Shown here: piece after piece, positions 36,987 through 46,170 of the stretch | How the letters are laid out: each line of letters begins with the position of its first letter | Numbering within the stretch: position 1 is the stretch's first letter | Source of the DNA: an uncultured Actinomycetota bacterium | GTDB lineage: Bacteria; Actinomycetota; Actinomycetes; JACCUZ01 | Assembly: GCA_963705885.1 (NCBI GenBank) | Contig: OY970120.1 | Coordinates: 3,563,876 to 3,627,875 of the forward strand | DNA: 64,000 nt | Reading direction: 5' to 3' | Translations under genes and position numbers: made by a program | The notes under the pieces: generated by a model | The model's input: the letters and a program-made list of their open reading frames with translations, nothing else | Database searches by the model: none | What the model was told of the DNA's origin: nothing

Positions 36987-38819
36987 TCATCCGGCCACCC
37001 GCGCCCGTGCCTCGGAGATCGCCCACGCGGCGTTGACGAGACCGATGTGGCTGTAGGCCTGCGGGAAGTTGCCGAGCTGCTCACCGGTGTCGGGGTCGAC
37101 CTCCTCCGAGAGCAGGTCCACGTCGTTGGCGAACGCGACGGCCCGCTCGAACACGGCCGTGGCCCGCTCGACCTCGCCGGCCATGGCCAGTGCCTCGGCC
37201 AGCCAGAAGGTGCAGATGAGGAACGTGCCCTCCTCGCCGGCGAGCCCGTCCACGCCCTCCTGGGTGCGATAGCGGTAGACCAGGCCCCGGTCGTCGGTCA
37301 GACCGGCCTCGATGGCGTCGATCGTCGCGACCATCCGCGGGTCGTCCGCGGGCAGGAAGCCGACGATCGCCATCATGAGGTTCGAGGCGTCCAGGGCGTC
37401 GGACCCGACGTACTGCGTGAACGCGCCGGCCTTCTCGCTCCAGCCGTCGCGGACCACCATCTCGAAGATCTCCTCGCGGGCATGCTTCCACCCGTCCACC
37501 TTCCCGCTGGCGTCGATCCTGTCGGCCAGCGCGATGGCCCGGTCGAGCGCGACCCAGCACATGACCTTCGAGTACAGGAAGTGCTGCTGGCCCCCCCGCA
37601 CCTCCCAGATGCCCTCGTCCTTCTCGGTCCAGTGCGCGGCGGCGGCGTCGGCACAGGAGGCGAGGAAGCGCTTGGTGTCGTCGTCGATCGACTCGAGCTG
37701 GTCGGACAGCCGGTGCGCGGCCCCGAGGATCTCGCCGTAGACGTCGATCTGCGTCTGGTTCCAGGCGCCGTTGCCGACACGGACCGGGCGGCTGTCCTTC
37801 CACCCCTCCAGGTGCGGCAGGGTCCGCTCGCTGAGGTCGTGCTCCCCGCCGACGCCGAACATGATCTGCAGCCCGGTCTCGGGGCCGACCGACGAGGCCG
37901 CGGCCGTCGTCATGAACGCGAAGAAGTCGTCGGCCTCGTCCGGGCAGGCGGCGACCCACAGCGCCTGCATCGTGAAGCTGGAGTCGCGCACCCAGGAGAA
38001 CCGGTAGTCCCAGTTGCGCTCGCCACCGGCGCCCTCGGGCAGCGAGGTCGTCGCGGCGGCCACGACGGCACCGCTCGGCTGGTAGGACAGCCCGTGCAGG
38101 ACCCGGCCGCTGTGGTGGACCAGGTCGGCCCACGGCCCGTCGTAGGACTGGTGCAGCTCCGACCAGGACCGCCAGGCCGCGACCGTGCTGTCCAGCGTCG
38201 CAGCCAGCTCGTCCTGGCCCCACACGCGCGCGGGGGTCTCGTCGAGGGTCGACCGGTGCAGCGCGAGCAACGTCGGCTCGCCCGGGCGCAGCGTGACCGT
38301 GCCGCGGGCCCGGGCACCGGTCTCGACCGTGAGGTCGACCGGCGAGGTGAGCACGAGCCACTCGGCACCGCCGCGGGCCGTGAGGCCACCGTCGACGTGG
38401 CTGAGCAGCGGCACGACGAGGCCGTACTCGGGGCGCGGCCGGTAGTCCACCTCGACCTCGACCTCGCCGTCGGTGACCTCCAGCCGGCGGACCAGGAGGT
38501 GGGGCACGTCCTTGCCCAGCCGGTGGCCCCCGTTGTCCGGGCCCAGCGCCATGGCGTCGGTGACGACCAGCGTCCCGGAGCCGGTGGAGAAGGTCGTCTC
38601 GAGGACCAGCGCGTCCTCGAGATACCGCCGGCTGCTGGTCCACTCGCCGGTCGGCTGCACCTGCCAGTGGCCCGCGTCCACGCCGAGGAGCCGCCCGAAC
38701 ACCGACGGGCTGTCGAACCGCGGGAACGCGAGCCAGTCCACCGACCCCGCGCGGGTGACGAGGGCGGCCGAGTGCCGGTCCGAGAGCAGGGCGTGGTCGG
38801 CGATGGGGGTGCTGGACAT
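36987..38819 (-). CDS. Glycoside hydrolase family 15 (glucoamylase/trehalase-like)
   Basis: 610 aa. Contains IADHALLSDRHSAALV, ERNWDYRFSWVRDSSF, WQTQIDVYGE, FLICTFWLAEAL and GNFPQAYSHIGL. Confidence 0.9.
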   Translation of the reverse strand: MSSTPIADHALLSDRHSAALVTRAGSVDWLAFPRFDSPSVFGRLLGVDAGHWQVQPTGEWTSSRRYLEDALVLETTFSTGSGTLVVTDAMALGPDNGGHRLGKDVPHLLVRRLEVTDGEVEVEVDYRPRPEYGLVVPLLSHVDGGLTARGGAEWLVLTSPVDLTVETGARARGTVTLRPGEPTLLALHRSTLDETPARVWGQDELAATLDSTVAAWRSWSELHQSYDGPWADLVHHSGRVLHGLSYQPSGAVVAAATTSLPEGAGGERNWDYRFSWVRDSSFTMQALWVAACPDEADDFFAFMTTAAASSVGPETGLQIMFGVGGEHDLSERTLPHLEGWKDSRPVRVGNGAWNQTQIDVYGEILGAAHRLSDQLESIDDDTKRFLASCADAAAAHWTEKDEGIWEVRGGQQHFLYSKVMCWVALDRAIALADRIDASGKVDGWKHAREEIFEMVVRDGWSEKAGAFTQYVGSDALDASNLMMAIVGFLPADDPRMVATIDAIEAGLTDDRGLVYRYRTQEGVDGLAGEEGTFLICTFWLAEALAMAGEVERATAVFERAVAFANDVDLLSEEVDPDTGEQLGNFPQAYSHIGLVNAAWAISEARARVAG

Positions 38820-38873
38820 GCAGGCCTCCGGGGGCGGTCGGGTGACTACGGCTCAGTCCTTCGCAGGTCCGCG

Positions 38874-38887
38874 GCGTTACGTAACGC
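38874..38887. promoter_or_regulatory. 14-bp perfect palindrome GCGTTACGTAACGC (candidate operator)
   Basis: It lies in the 95-bp divergent region between GH15 and the redoxin gene, about 28 nt upstream of the ATG at 38915. Confidence 0.35.
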
Positions 38888-38914
38888 GCGACACCGTGCG
38901 GTGACTGCTCCCCC

Positions 38915-39454
38915 ATGCCGCCGCATGCCTCGGGTGAGACGCCTGCCGCACCGCCCGACCTGGGGCCGGGTGCGGTGTTCCCCGACCTCGAGCTCCCCGA
39001 CCACAACGCCGTCGTCCGCCGCCTGTCCGAGCTGGCCGAGGGCGACCCGGTGGTCCTCGTGTTCTTCCGCGGGTGGTGGTGCCCCAAGGAGCAGACGTTC
39101 TTCCGCGGTCTCGCGCACCTGCAGGACGAGATGGAGGTGGCGTACGCGCGGATGGTGACCGTGAGCATCGACGAGCCGGTCGCGCAGTCGGCGTTCCGTG
39201 CCGGGCTGGGCGCGCGATGGACCTTCCTGTCCGACACCGCGGAGCGCTACGTCGACGAGCTCGGCCTGCGCGAGACGACCGACACGGTGCACCGGCCGTA
39301 CGTCCCGACGACGTTCGTGCTGCGGCCCGACCTGACCGTGCACTCGACCTACAACGGCTACTGGTTCTGGGGCCGTCCGACCCTCGAGGACCTCCGCCAG
39401 GACCTGCGCGCGGTCACCCGGTCGGTGCGCCCCGACTGGGAGGTGCCGCGGTGA
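38915..39454 (+). CDS. AhpC/TSA-like redoxin family protein
   Basis: FPDLELPDHNAVVRRLSEL ... VVLVFFRGWWCPKEQTFF is a thioredoxin fold with a single Cys. A paralog lies at 46858-47448. Confidence 0.8.
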   Translation: MPPHASGETPAAPPDLGPGAVFPDLELPDHNAVVRRLSELAEGDPVVLVFFRGWWCPKEQTFFRGLAHLQDEMEVAYARMVTVSIDEPVAQSAFRAGLGARWTFLSDTAERYVDELGLRETTDTVHRPYVPTTFVLRPDLTVHSTYNGYWFWGRPTLEDLRQDLRAVTRSVRPDWEVPR

Positions 39455-39951
39455 CGTGGTGCTGGGTCGCGCGGGTGGACGACGAGCCCGCGGACGCCTG
39501 GGCCGCGGCCGCGGTGAGCCTCGACGGCCGGCCGGCGGGGTTCCTGGCGGCGTGGCCGGCGGGGCGCAAGCCGACCGCGGGGGCGGTGCGGGCCGACGCC
39601 CGCGTGGTGGACCCCGACGGGGCCGCCGCCACGGTCTCCCTCGTCCTGGTCCCCCGCGGCCGGGAGCTGCTCTTCGACGACCCCGCGGTCTCCGGCGCGC
39701 TGCGACGGGTTCTCGCCGGCCCGCCGCCGGACGCGGTCAGCACGTTCGTGCGGGACTCGTCGCACTTCGCCGGGGCGGTCACCGTCCGCCGCGGCGACCA
39801 CGCGGTGGACGACCCGTTCGCCCGCATCGGGCACGCCGACGTCCTCGAGGTCGCGGCCGGCCTGTTCGGCCGGACCCCCGCGGTGCCGGGCCCGGTGACC
39901 CAGCGGTACTCCGGGCTGCCGTGGCCGGTGGCCGGCTTCACGGACGCATGA
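39451..39951 (+). CDS. Hypothetical protein
   Basis: The GTG overlaps the redoxin TGA (GTGA), and its own stop overlaps the next ATG (ATGA). In frame in track ORF 39073..39951. No family recognised. Confidence 0.55.
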   Translation: MTWCWVARVDDEPADAWAAAAVSLDGRPAGFLAAWPAGRKPTAGAVRADARVVDPDGAAATVSLVLVPRGRELLFDDPAVSGALRRVLAGPPPDAVSTFVRDSSHFAGAVTVRRGDHAVDDPFARIGHADVLEVAAGLFGRTPAVPGPVTQRYSGLPWPVAGFTDA

Positions 39952-41366
39952 CCGATCGGAAGGGACCCGAGCGCATGGACGAGTTCGACGTCGTCGTCGT
40001 GGGCGGCGGACCGGCGGGCGAGACCGCCGCGGGGCGCTGCGCGGACGGCGGGCTGACCGTGGCGCTGGTCGAGCGCGAGCTGGTGGGCGGCGAGTGCTCC
40101 TACTGGGGGTGCATCCCCAGCAAGACGCTCATCCGGCCCGGTGACGTGCTGGCCGCGGCCCGTCGCGTGCCCGGCGCCGTCGAGGCGGTCACCGGTGGGC
40201 CGGACGTGGCGGCGGCCCTCGCGCAGCGCGACTACATGACCAGCAGCTGGGACGACACCGGCCAGCTGCCCTGGCTGGAGGAGCACGGCATCGAGCTGGT
40301 CCGCGGCTCCGGCCGCCTCGACGGGTCGCGGCAGGTCGTCGTCGAGCGCGGCGGGGCGGTCGTACGCCGGCTGCGCGCGCGCCGCGCGGTCGTGCTCGCC
40401 ACCGGGACCACCGCCGCGCTCCCCCCGGTGACCGGGCTCGCGGACGTGGGCGCCTGGGACAACCGGGCGGCCACCGCGGCGAAGAGCATCCCGCGGCGGC
40501 TGCTCGTGCTGGGCGGGGGTGCCATCGGCGTCGAGCTGGCCCAGGCCTTCCGACGGCTGGGCAGCGAGGAGGTCACGGTCGTCGAGGTCGCGCCCCGGCT
40601 GCTCGCCCGCGAGGAGCCCTTCGCCGGGGACGAGGTTGCGCGGGCGCTGCGGGCCGAGGGCGTGACGGTCGTCGTGGGCGCCCAGGTCGAGGACGTACGC
40701 CGGGAGCGGCCGGACGGTCCGGTGACCATGCGGCTGGCCGGTCAGGAGGACGTGGAGGCCGACGAGATCCTCGTCGCCGCCGGCCGCCGCGTCATGGCCG
40801 CGGAGCTGGGGCTGGACACCGTCGGCGTCACCCCGGGCCGGGTCGTCGAGGTCGACGACCGGCTCCGCGCGACCGGGGTCCCGGACGGCTGGCTCTACGC
40901 CGTCGGCGACGTCAACGGCCGGGCGCAGCTGACGCACATGGGCAAGTACCAGGCGCGGGTCGCGGCCGACGTCATCCTCGGGCAGGACGCCCGCGACCTC
41001 GCCAGTCACGACATCGTCCCGCGCGTGACCTTCACCGACCCGCAGGTGTGCGCGGTCGGGCTGACCGAGGCCGAGGCCCGCGAGCGCGGGCTCGACGTCC
41101 GCGTCGTGCACTACGGCACCGGTGACGTGGCGGGCGCCTACACCTCCGGCAACGGCGTGACCGGCACGAGCTGTCTCGTCGTCGACGACGCCCGCCGCGT
41201 CCTCGTCGGTGCCACCTTCACCGGTCCCGGCGTCCAGGAGCTCCTCCACTCGGCCACCGTCGCCGTCGCCGGCGAGGTGCCCCTCGACCGTCTCTGGCAC
41301 GCCGTGCCGTCCTTCCCCACCATCAGCGAGGTCTGGCTGCGCCTTCTGGAGCAGTACGGGCTGTAG
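39948..41366 (+). CDS. Class I pyridine nucleotide-disulfide oxidoreductase (paralog)
   Basis: FDVVVVGGGPAG, redox-active GGECSYWGCIPSK, VLGGGAIGVE, AVGDV, and a C-terminal FPTISE. An alternative start lies at 39975. Confidence 0.9.
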   Translation: MTDRKGPERMDEFDVVVVGGGPAGETAAGRCADGGLTVALVERELVGGECSYWGCIPSKTLIRPGDVLAAARRVPGAVEAVTGGPDVAAALAQRDYMTSSWDDTGQLPWLEEHGIELVRGSGRLDGSRQVVVERGGAVVRRLRARRAVVLATGTTAALPPVTGLADVGAWDNRAATAAKSIPRRLLVLGGGAIGVELAQAFRRLGSEEVTVVEVAPRLLAREEPFAGDEVARALRAEGVTVVVGAQVEDVRRERPDGPVTMRLAGQEDVEADEILVAAGRRVMAAELGLDTVGVTPGRVVEVDDRLRATGVPDGWLYAVGDVNGRAQLTHMGKYQARVAADVILGQDARDLASHDIVPRVTFTDPQVCAVGLTEAEARERGLDVRVVHYGTGDVAGAYTSGNGVTGTSCLVVDDARRVLVGATFTGPGVQELLHSATVAVAGEVPLDRLWHAVPSFPTISEVWLRLLEQYGL

Positions 41367-41376
41367 GAGACAAGTC

Positions 41377-42645
41377 ATGCCGCACGTGTCGTTCGACAAC
41401 CTGTTCGTCATCTCCCTCGTGGGGGCGCTGGCGCCTCTCCTGCTGGGCTACCTGCCGAGGGTCCGCGTGCCCTCCGTGGTGCTCGAGATCGTCGCGGGGG
41501 TGGTCCTCGGCCCGTCGGTCCTCGGGTGGGTCGAGGCGGACCTCCCCGTGGAGATCCTGGCCCTGATCGGCCTGGCGTTCCTGCTGTTCCTGTCCGGGCT
41601 CGAGATCGACGCCCAGCGGCTGCGCGGCCGCCTGCTGCGGGTGGCACTGCTGGGCTACGTCGTGTCGCTCGCGATCGGCGTGCCGATCGGTGCCGGCCTC
41701 GACGCGGCCGGCTGGGTCAGCGCACCGGTGCTGGTCGTCATCGCGCTGTCGGCGACGTCGCTGGGCCTGGTCGTGCCCGTGCTCAAGGACGCCGGCAAGG
41801 CCGACGGCGAGGTCGGCCAGACCACGATCGTCGCGGCCACGGTCGCCGACTTCGCCGCGATCGTCCTGCTGTCCCTGCTGTTCTCGTCCTCGGACGGCAG
41901 CGCCGGCAGCCGCATCGTGCTGCTCGTCGTCTTCGCGCTGCTGGTGGTCGGCACCGGCCTGGGCCTGGGCCGGGTCGGCATGTCGATGCACCTGGGGTCG
42001 GTGCTGCAGCGGCTGCAGGACACGACGGCCGAGATCAGGGTGCGCCTCGCGGTCGTGCTGCTGGTCGCCTTCACCGCGCTGGCCGAGCGGGTCGGGCTGG
42101 AGAGCATCCTCGGGGCGTTCCTGGCCGGTGTGCTGATCAGCGTCGTCGACCGCGACTCGGCGGGCCACCCGCACTTCCGCACCAAGCTCGAGGCCGTCGG
42201 CTTCGGCTTCCTCGTGCCGGTGTTCTTCGTCACCAGTGGCGTGAGGCTGGACCTGGAGGGCCTGATCGAGAGCCCGTCGGCGCTGCTGCGCGTGCCCGTG
42301 TTCCTGGTCGCGCTGCTGCTGATGCGGGGGCTTCCCGCCCTCATGTACGTCCGCACGATGGGCCGCCGCCCGGCGCTCGCGGCCGCCCTGCTGCAGGCGA
42401 CGTCCCTGCCGTTCATCGTGGCCGCGTCCCAGATCGGCGTGGAGATCGGCCGGCTCTCCGAGGTGACTGCGGCCGCCATGGTCACCGCGGGCCTGCTCTC
42501 GGTCCTCGTCTTCCCGACGATCGCGCTGGGGCTGCTCCAGAAGGACGCCACGCCTGCGGCCCCGGTGCCCGACACCGACCCCGGCCCCGGCCCTGGCTCG
42601 GACCTCGGGGCGGCCGCGGTGCCCCGGCAGGCCGCGGCGCGCTGA
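41377..42645 (+). CDS. Cation:proton antiporter (CPA2/Kef-like)
   Basis: VVLEIVAGVVLGPSVLG ... LAFLLFLSGLEID ... LGAFLAGVL, with about 11-12 TM segments. Confidence 0.85.
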   Translation: MPHVSFDNLFVISLVGALAPLLLGYLPRVRVPSVVLEIVAGVVLGPSVLGWVEADLPVEILALIGLAFLLFLSGLEIDAQRLRGRLLRVALLGYVVSLAIGVPIGAGLDAAGWVSAPVLVVIALSATSLGLVVPVLKDAGKADGEVGQTTIVAATVADFAAIVLLSLLFSSSDGSAGSRIVLLVVFALLVVGTGLGLGRVGMSMHLGSVLQRLQDTTAEIRVRLAVVLLVAFTALAERVGLESILGAFLAGVLISVVDRDSAGHPHFRTKLEAVGFGFLVPVFFVTSGVRLDLEGLIESPSALLRVPVFLVALLLMRGLPALMYVRTMGRRPALAAALLQATSLPFIVAASQIGVEIGRLSEVTAAAMVTAGLLSVLVFPTIALGLLQKDATPAAPVPDTDPGPGPGSDLGAAAVPRQAAAR

Positions 42646-42742
42646 CCCGCGTCCTCTCCAGGGGCCGCTGAAAGCCTTCAGCAGGCCTTCAGCCCCGGCG
42701 CGTCAGGCTTCCCGGCATATCCAGCGCACAGAGGAGACAGCC

Positions 42743-43066
42743 ATGAGGAAGACCACGAAGTGGGCCGCGGCGGCGGCGGGCGTCGTGCTCGTCGTCGGCG
42801 CCGGCGCCGGGATCGCCGTCGCGAGCGGCGTGACCGACGACGCCGAGAAGCCGATCACGGGCGCGGCTCTGGACAAGGCGAGCGAGGCGGCCCTGGCGAG
42901 CACCGGCGGCGGCAAGGTCACCGAGACCGAGGTCGGCGACGAGGACAGCTACTACGAGGTCGAGGTCACCCTCCCCGACGGGAGCCAGGTCGACGTCCAG
43001 CTCGACGAGGGCTTCGCCGTCGTCGGCTCGGCGCCCGACGAGGAGAAGCCCGGCGACAAGGACTGA
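42743..43066 (+). CDS. PepSY domain protein with N-terminal signal/anchor
   Basis: MRKTTKWAAAAAGVVLVVGAG ... GGGKVTETEVGDEDSYYEVEVTLPDGSQVDVQLDEGFAVV. Confidence 0.75.
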   Translation: MRKTTKWAAAAAGVVLVVGAGAGIAVASGVTDDAEKPITGAALDKASEAALASTGGGKVTETEVGDEDSYYEVEVTLPDGSQVDVQLDEGFAVVGSAPDEEKPGDKD

Positions 43067-43200
43067 CGCCCCGCCACCTCCCCGCGGTGATCATGCACGA
43101 GTGGTTGCTGCCGGTGGACGCGGAACCCGTTGTCCACACAGGGTTTCCGTACGGTCGCGACGGCGCGGGTTGTGCCCGACCCTGCGCCTAGCGTCCGTGC

Positions 43201-43530
43201 ATGGCAGTCGAGCTCGGCACCGTGTCGGACAGCACCCGGTCCGCGCTGGGCACCTCGCAGGCAGGCCTCGCAGCTGCGGGCGGCCCTCTCCGACGGGCAG
43301 GTCCGAGACCTGTGCCACGACGAGCTCACCGACCTGGTGACTGCCGCCCGCCGCGCGCAGGCCCAGCTCGAGTCGGCCGCCCTGGCCGCCGTCGCGGAAA
43401 GCGACGCCCGCGGCTCCCATGTGTTCGAGGGCGCCCTCACACCGGCCGCCTTGCTGCGGCGGCACACCCGGTCGACACCCGCCGAGGTCGCGGCCGCTGT
43501 GCGCGCCGCCCGGGTGCGCGCGCCGGCATG
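43201..43530 (+). pseudogene. Frameshifted, truncated N-terminal remnant of a DUF222/HNH-endonuclease (REP13E12-like) gene
   Basis: The ATG frame gives MAVELGTVSDSTRSALGTSQAGL. The sense continues in the +1 frame as QLRAALSDGQVRDLCHDELTDLVTAARRAQAQLESAALAAVAESDARGSHVFEGALTPAALLRRHTRSTPAEVAAAVRAARV. The rest of the gene, including any HNH part, is absent. Confidence 0.55.
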
Positions 43531-43632
43531 CTCCGCTCGGCGCAAAGTGCTCAGAGGGTCAGAGGTCAGAGCAGCTTGAGGTTGCTGGGTTGGGTCGGCC
43601 CCCCTCCCCTCGCCCCGGGCCGCCAAGCACCC

Positions 43633-44088
43633 ATGGCAGCCAGGCTCAATTCGGACGTTCCGGGTGCCGAGGACGATCCGGTGAGCTCTTCGACAGCGCC
43701 CTCGGCGCCCCCCGGCTGGTACGCCGACCCCTATGTCCCCGGCAGCGTGCGCTACTTCGACGGGGCCTCGTGGACCGAACACGTAGCCCCGGCCCCCGGC
43801 ACGACGGCCAGCGCGCCCCCGACGCTCGGCGCGGCGCCGTCCGACCCTGTGCACTGGCTCGTCCCGACCGGCCGGAGCTGGCAGTCCATCGCCGCGGGAT
43901 ACGTCGCGCTCTTCGCGACGGTCGCCTGGTTCCTCGGGCCGGTCGCCCTCGGCCTCGGGATCTGGGCCCTGCGGATCGCGAGCAGGACCCGCACGCACGG
44001 TCGCGGCCGGGCGGTCTTCGCTGTCGTCGTGGGCTTCCTCTCCACGCTCGCGCTGCTACTCCTCGTCGCCAGCGGTGGGCTCGGCTGA
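43633..44088 (+). CDS. DUF2510 + DUF4190-like membrane protein
   Basis: PPGWYADPYVPGSVRYFDGASWTEH is a DUF2510-type motif. Two C-terminal TM helices follow. The ATG is in frame in track ORF 43201..44088. Confidence 0.7.
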   Translation: MAARLNSDVPGAEDDPVSSSTAPSAPPGWYADPYVPGSVRYFDGASWTEHVAPAPGTTASAPPTLGAAPSDPVHWLVPTGRSWQSIAAGYVALFATVAWFLGPVALGLGIWALRIASRTRTHGRGRAVFAVVVGFLSTLALLLLVASGGLG

Positions 44089-44197
44089 CGTATCACCGTT
44101 CCCCGCGGCCGCCTCTGCCTTCCCGACGGCCGGGCCGCACGTACGCCCGCGCGCCGCGCGCGGGTGGGCCGGTCGTCGGACCCGAAGGGAGCCGACC

Positions 44198-44389
44198 ATG
44201 GACCTGGTCGTCTGCCCGAAGTGCTCCGAGCCGGCCACCGTCGCCTGGACCGACGCGGTGGACGGCTCACCCGGCCCGGTCGTGATGGCACGGGTCGACT
44301 GCCTCGGCCGTCACTGGTACGTCCTGCCGGTGGAGCGGCTGCGCGCGTGGCCGGCCGGCCGCCGCACGAGGGTGCCCAGCCGGTTCTGA
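44198..44389 (+). CDS. Hypothetical small protein (CxxC-containing)
   Basis: 63 aa: MDLVVCPKCSEPATVAWTD...CLGRH. GAAGGGA lies upstream. Confidence 0.45.
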   Translation: MDLVVCPKCSEPATVAWTDAVDGSPGPVVMARVDCLGRHWYVLPVERLRAWPAGRRTRVPSRF

Positions 44390-44485
44390 CCGGGCGTGTC
44401 CCCCTCGGCCGCGTCGCCCGGAGCCGGAGCGCGGTCTCCTTCTCGACGAACGGTCTCCGATCATGGCCCGCTGAGTGCCCGGGGC

Positions 44486-45346
44486 TCACCCCAGGCGCAG
44501 ACCGGGTGAGGCGAGCTCGTCGTCGGGAGACCAGTCGTCGACCGCGGCGGGCGTCGCGGACGGCCCGGCGGGCGCCGCAGACGGTTCGCCGCGCGGCGTC
44601 GGTGACGACTCGTCGAGCGGCGTCGCTGACAAGTCTTCGGGCGGCGACTCGGGACGGGCCCCGGACCGGGCGGTCCTCATGGCCATGGTCGCGACCGCGG
44701 CGCCGAGGACGAGTCCCCCGAGCCCCCACCACCAGCCCGCGACGGACGGGTCACCCTGCGCCGCCGGCGTGCTGCGGGCCGCAGGCTCGGCGGCACCCGC
44801 GTCCTCCGCCGCGCCAGGCGCCTCCGCCGCGCCAGGCGCCTCCGCCGCGCCGGGCAGCTCCGCGGCGACCGGTGGCTCGGCGGCGACGGGCGCCGCCCCG
44901 CCGCCCGGCATGACGCCCAGCCGGCGAAGCAGCGACTCGAGCAGGCCGACCTCGGTCGCCCGGTGCCAGACGACCGAGTCGTCCCAGATGTTGCCGCTGC
45001 CGACGGCCTGCTGCGTCGCGATCCACGGGCCGCCGGGGGCGCGCGGGTAGACCCGGTCGACCCGCCAGACATGGACGTCGTGGGCCAGCCACGTCACGGT
45101 CACGCTCGGGCCGACGTCGTGCGAGGACCCCGACCTGTCCGGCTCGACCGCCCGCTCACCCGATGCCCCCAGCACGGCACCCAGGAGCTCGTAGTCCTTG
45201 TCCGTGAAGTACAGGGAGGCCGACTGGCCGCTCCCCGGGGCGACCAGCAGCGCGCTGGTCGGACCGCCCGCGGACGCGGAGCCTGCCCCGAGCAGGGACA
45301 CGGCGGCGACGGCGAGCACGACGAGAACGGCACGGAACGCGCGCAT
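44486..45346 (-). CDS. Secreted/membrane-anchored hypothetical protein with hexapeptide repeats
   Basis: Signal peptide MRAFRAVLVVLAVAAVSLLGAGSASA. Central PGAAEA-type repeats. C-terminal TM helix WWWGLGGLVLGAAVATMAM. GGAGG lies 6 nt upstream. Confidence 0.6.
   Translation of the reverse strand: MRAFRAVLVVLAVAAVSLLGAGSASAGGPTSALLVAPGSGQSASLYFTDKDYELLGAVLGASGERAVEPDRSGSSHDVGPSVTVTWLAHDVHVWRVDRVYPRAPGGPWIATQQAVGSGNIWDDSVVWHRATEVGLLESLLRRLGVMPGGGAAPVAAEPPVAAELPGAAEAPGAAEAPGAAEDAGAAEPAARSTPAAQGDPSVAGWWWGLGGLVLGAAVATMAMRTARSGARPESPPEDLSATPLDESSPTPRGEPSAAPAGPSATPAAVDDWSPDDELASPGLRLG
44803..44892. repeat. 18-nt tandem repeat (about 5 units, degenerating) inside the CDS
   Basis: CCTCCGCCGCGCCAGGCG occurs exactly at 44803-44820 and 44821-44838. 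Progressively diverged units follow to about 44892. Confidence 0.7.
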
Positions 45347-45405
45347 GGCGACCTCCTGGCGTCGACTGGTGCTGGGTACACCGCGGGGCGACGCGAGGTT
45401 CCGGC

Positions 45406-46170
45406 TCAGCCGATCGCGGCGGCCGACCGGGCGATCTCGAGCGCGCGACCGAGCGCGAGGTCACCCTCGAGCCGGATCGTGGTGCCGTCGCGCTCCCAGA
45501 CCAGCGTCCGCCCGGCGAGGCGGGCGGTCTCGGCGCGCCGGGTGCCGTCGGGAGCGAGGATCACGACCTCGTGCGGCGCGTCGAACCACAGCGCCGCGTC
45601 GTCGCCGACGGACGTGAAACGCACACCGGGCGTGGTCTTGATGACGGTGTAGTCCAGCCGCCCGTCGAACTGGTCGAGACGCAGGTCGCCGTCCGCGGTG
45701 CCGTTCCAGCTCATGGACAGCACCCGGCGGTCGGCGGAGACGGCGACGCCGTCGGGCGTGCCCAGCTCCGCGGGGGCCACCACGTCGAACGCGACCAGCG
45801 CGACGGCCTCGTCGAGCGCGGCGGCGGCACCCACCGTGGGCGGCGGCGGGGCCGACGTCGGGCCCGGGGACGGGTCCTGGCGCACCAGGACGCCGCCGAA
45901 GCCGAACCAGTCGGCCACGGCCGCGCGGACCGGCGGGGTCGCGACCGCGGCGAGCACGAGCGCGACCACCACGGCGAGTACGCGGCGACGTGCCCGGACG
46001 GGCGGACCGACGCGCCACGCCAGCGCGCCCGGCGCGGCAGGCACCGGCTCGTCGGCCAGCCGCGCGACGACGGTCGCCGCCAGGTCCGGACCCACCGCGG
46101 GGTCCGGCACGGAGCGACCGAGGGACCTCAGGTCAGCGGCGAGCACGTCGTACGCCCGGTCAGCGGCCAT
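45406..46170 (-). CDS. Putative anti-sigma factor (single-pass membrane, extracytoplasmic domain)
   Basis: It sits immediately downstream of, and overlaps, the ECF sigma gene. TM helix VLAVVVALVLAAVATPPV. The C-terminal domain is unassigned. Confidence 0.65.
   Translation of the reverse strand: MAADRAYDVLAADLRSLGRSVPDPAVGPDLAATVVARLADEPVPAAPGALAWRVGPPVRARRRVLAVVVALVLAAVATPPVRAAVADWFGFGGVLVRQDPSPGPTSAPPPPTVGAAAALDEAVALVAFDVVAPAELGTPDGVAVSADRRVLSMSWNGTADGDLRLDQFDGRLDYTVIKTTPGVRFTSVGDDAALWFDAPHEVVILAPDGTRRAETARLAGRTLVWERDGTTIRLEGDLALGRALEIARSAAAIG

Noticed and set aside
39414-41411. A 665-aa minus-strand ORF
   Set aside because: It is antisense to the hypothetical gene and the disulfide reductase. 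The plus-strand gene carries unambiguous FAD and CxxxxC motifs.
44803-44892. Short direct repeats as a possible CRISPR array
   Set aside because: The units are contiguous with no spacers, lie in frame inside a CDS, and are only 18 nt long. No cas genes are present.
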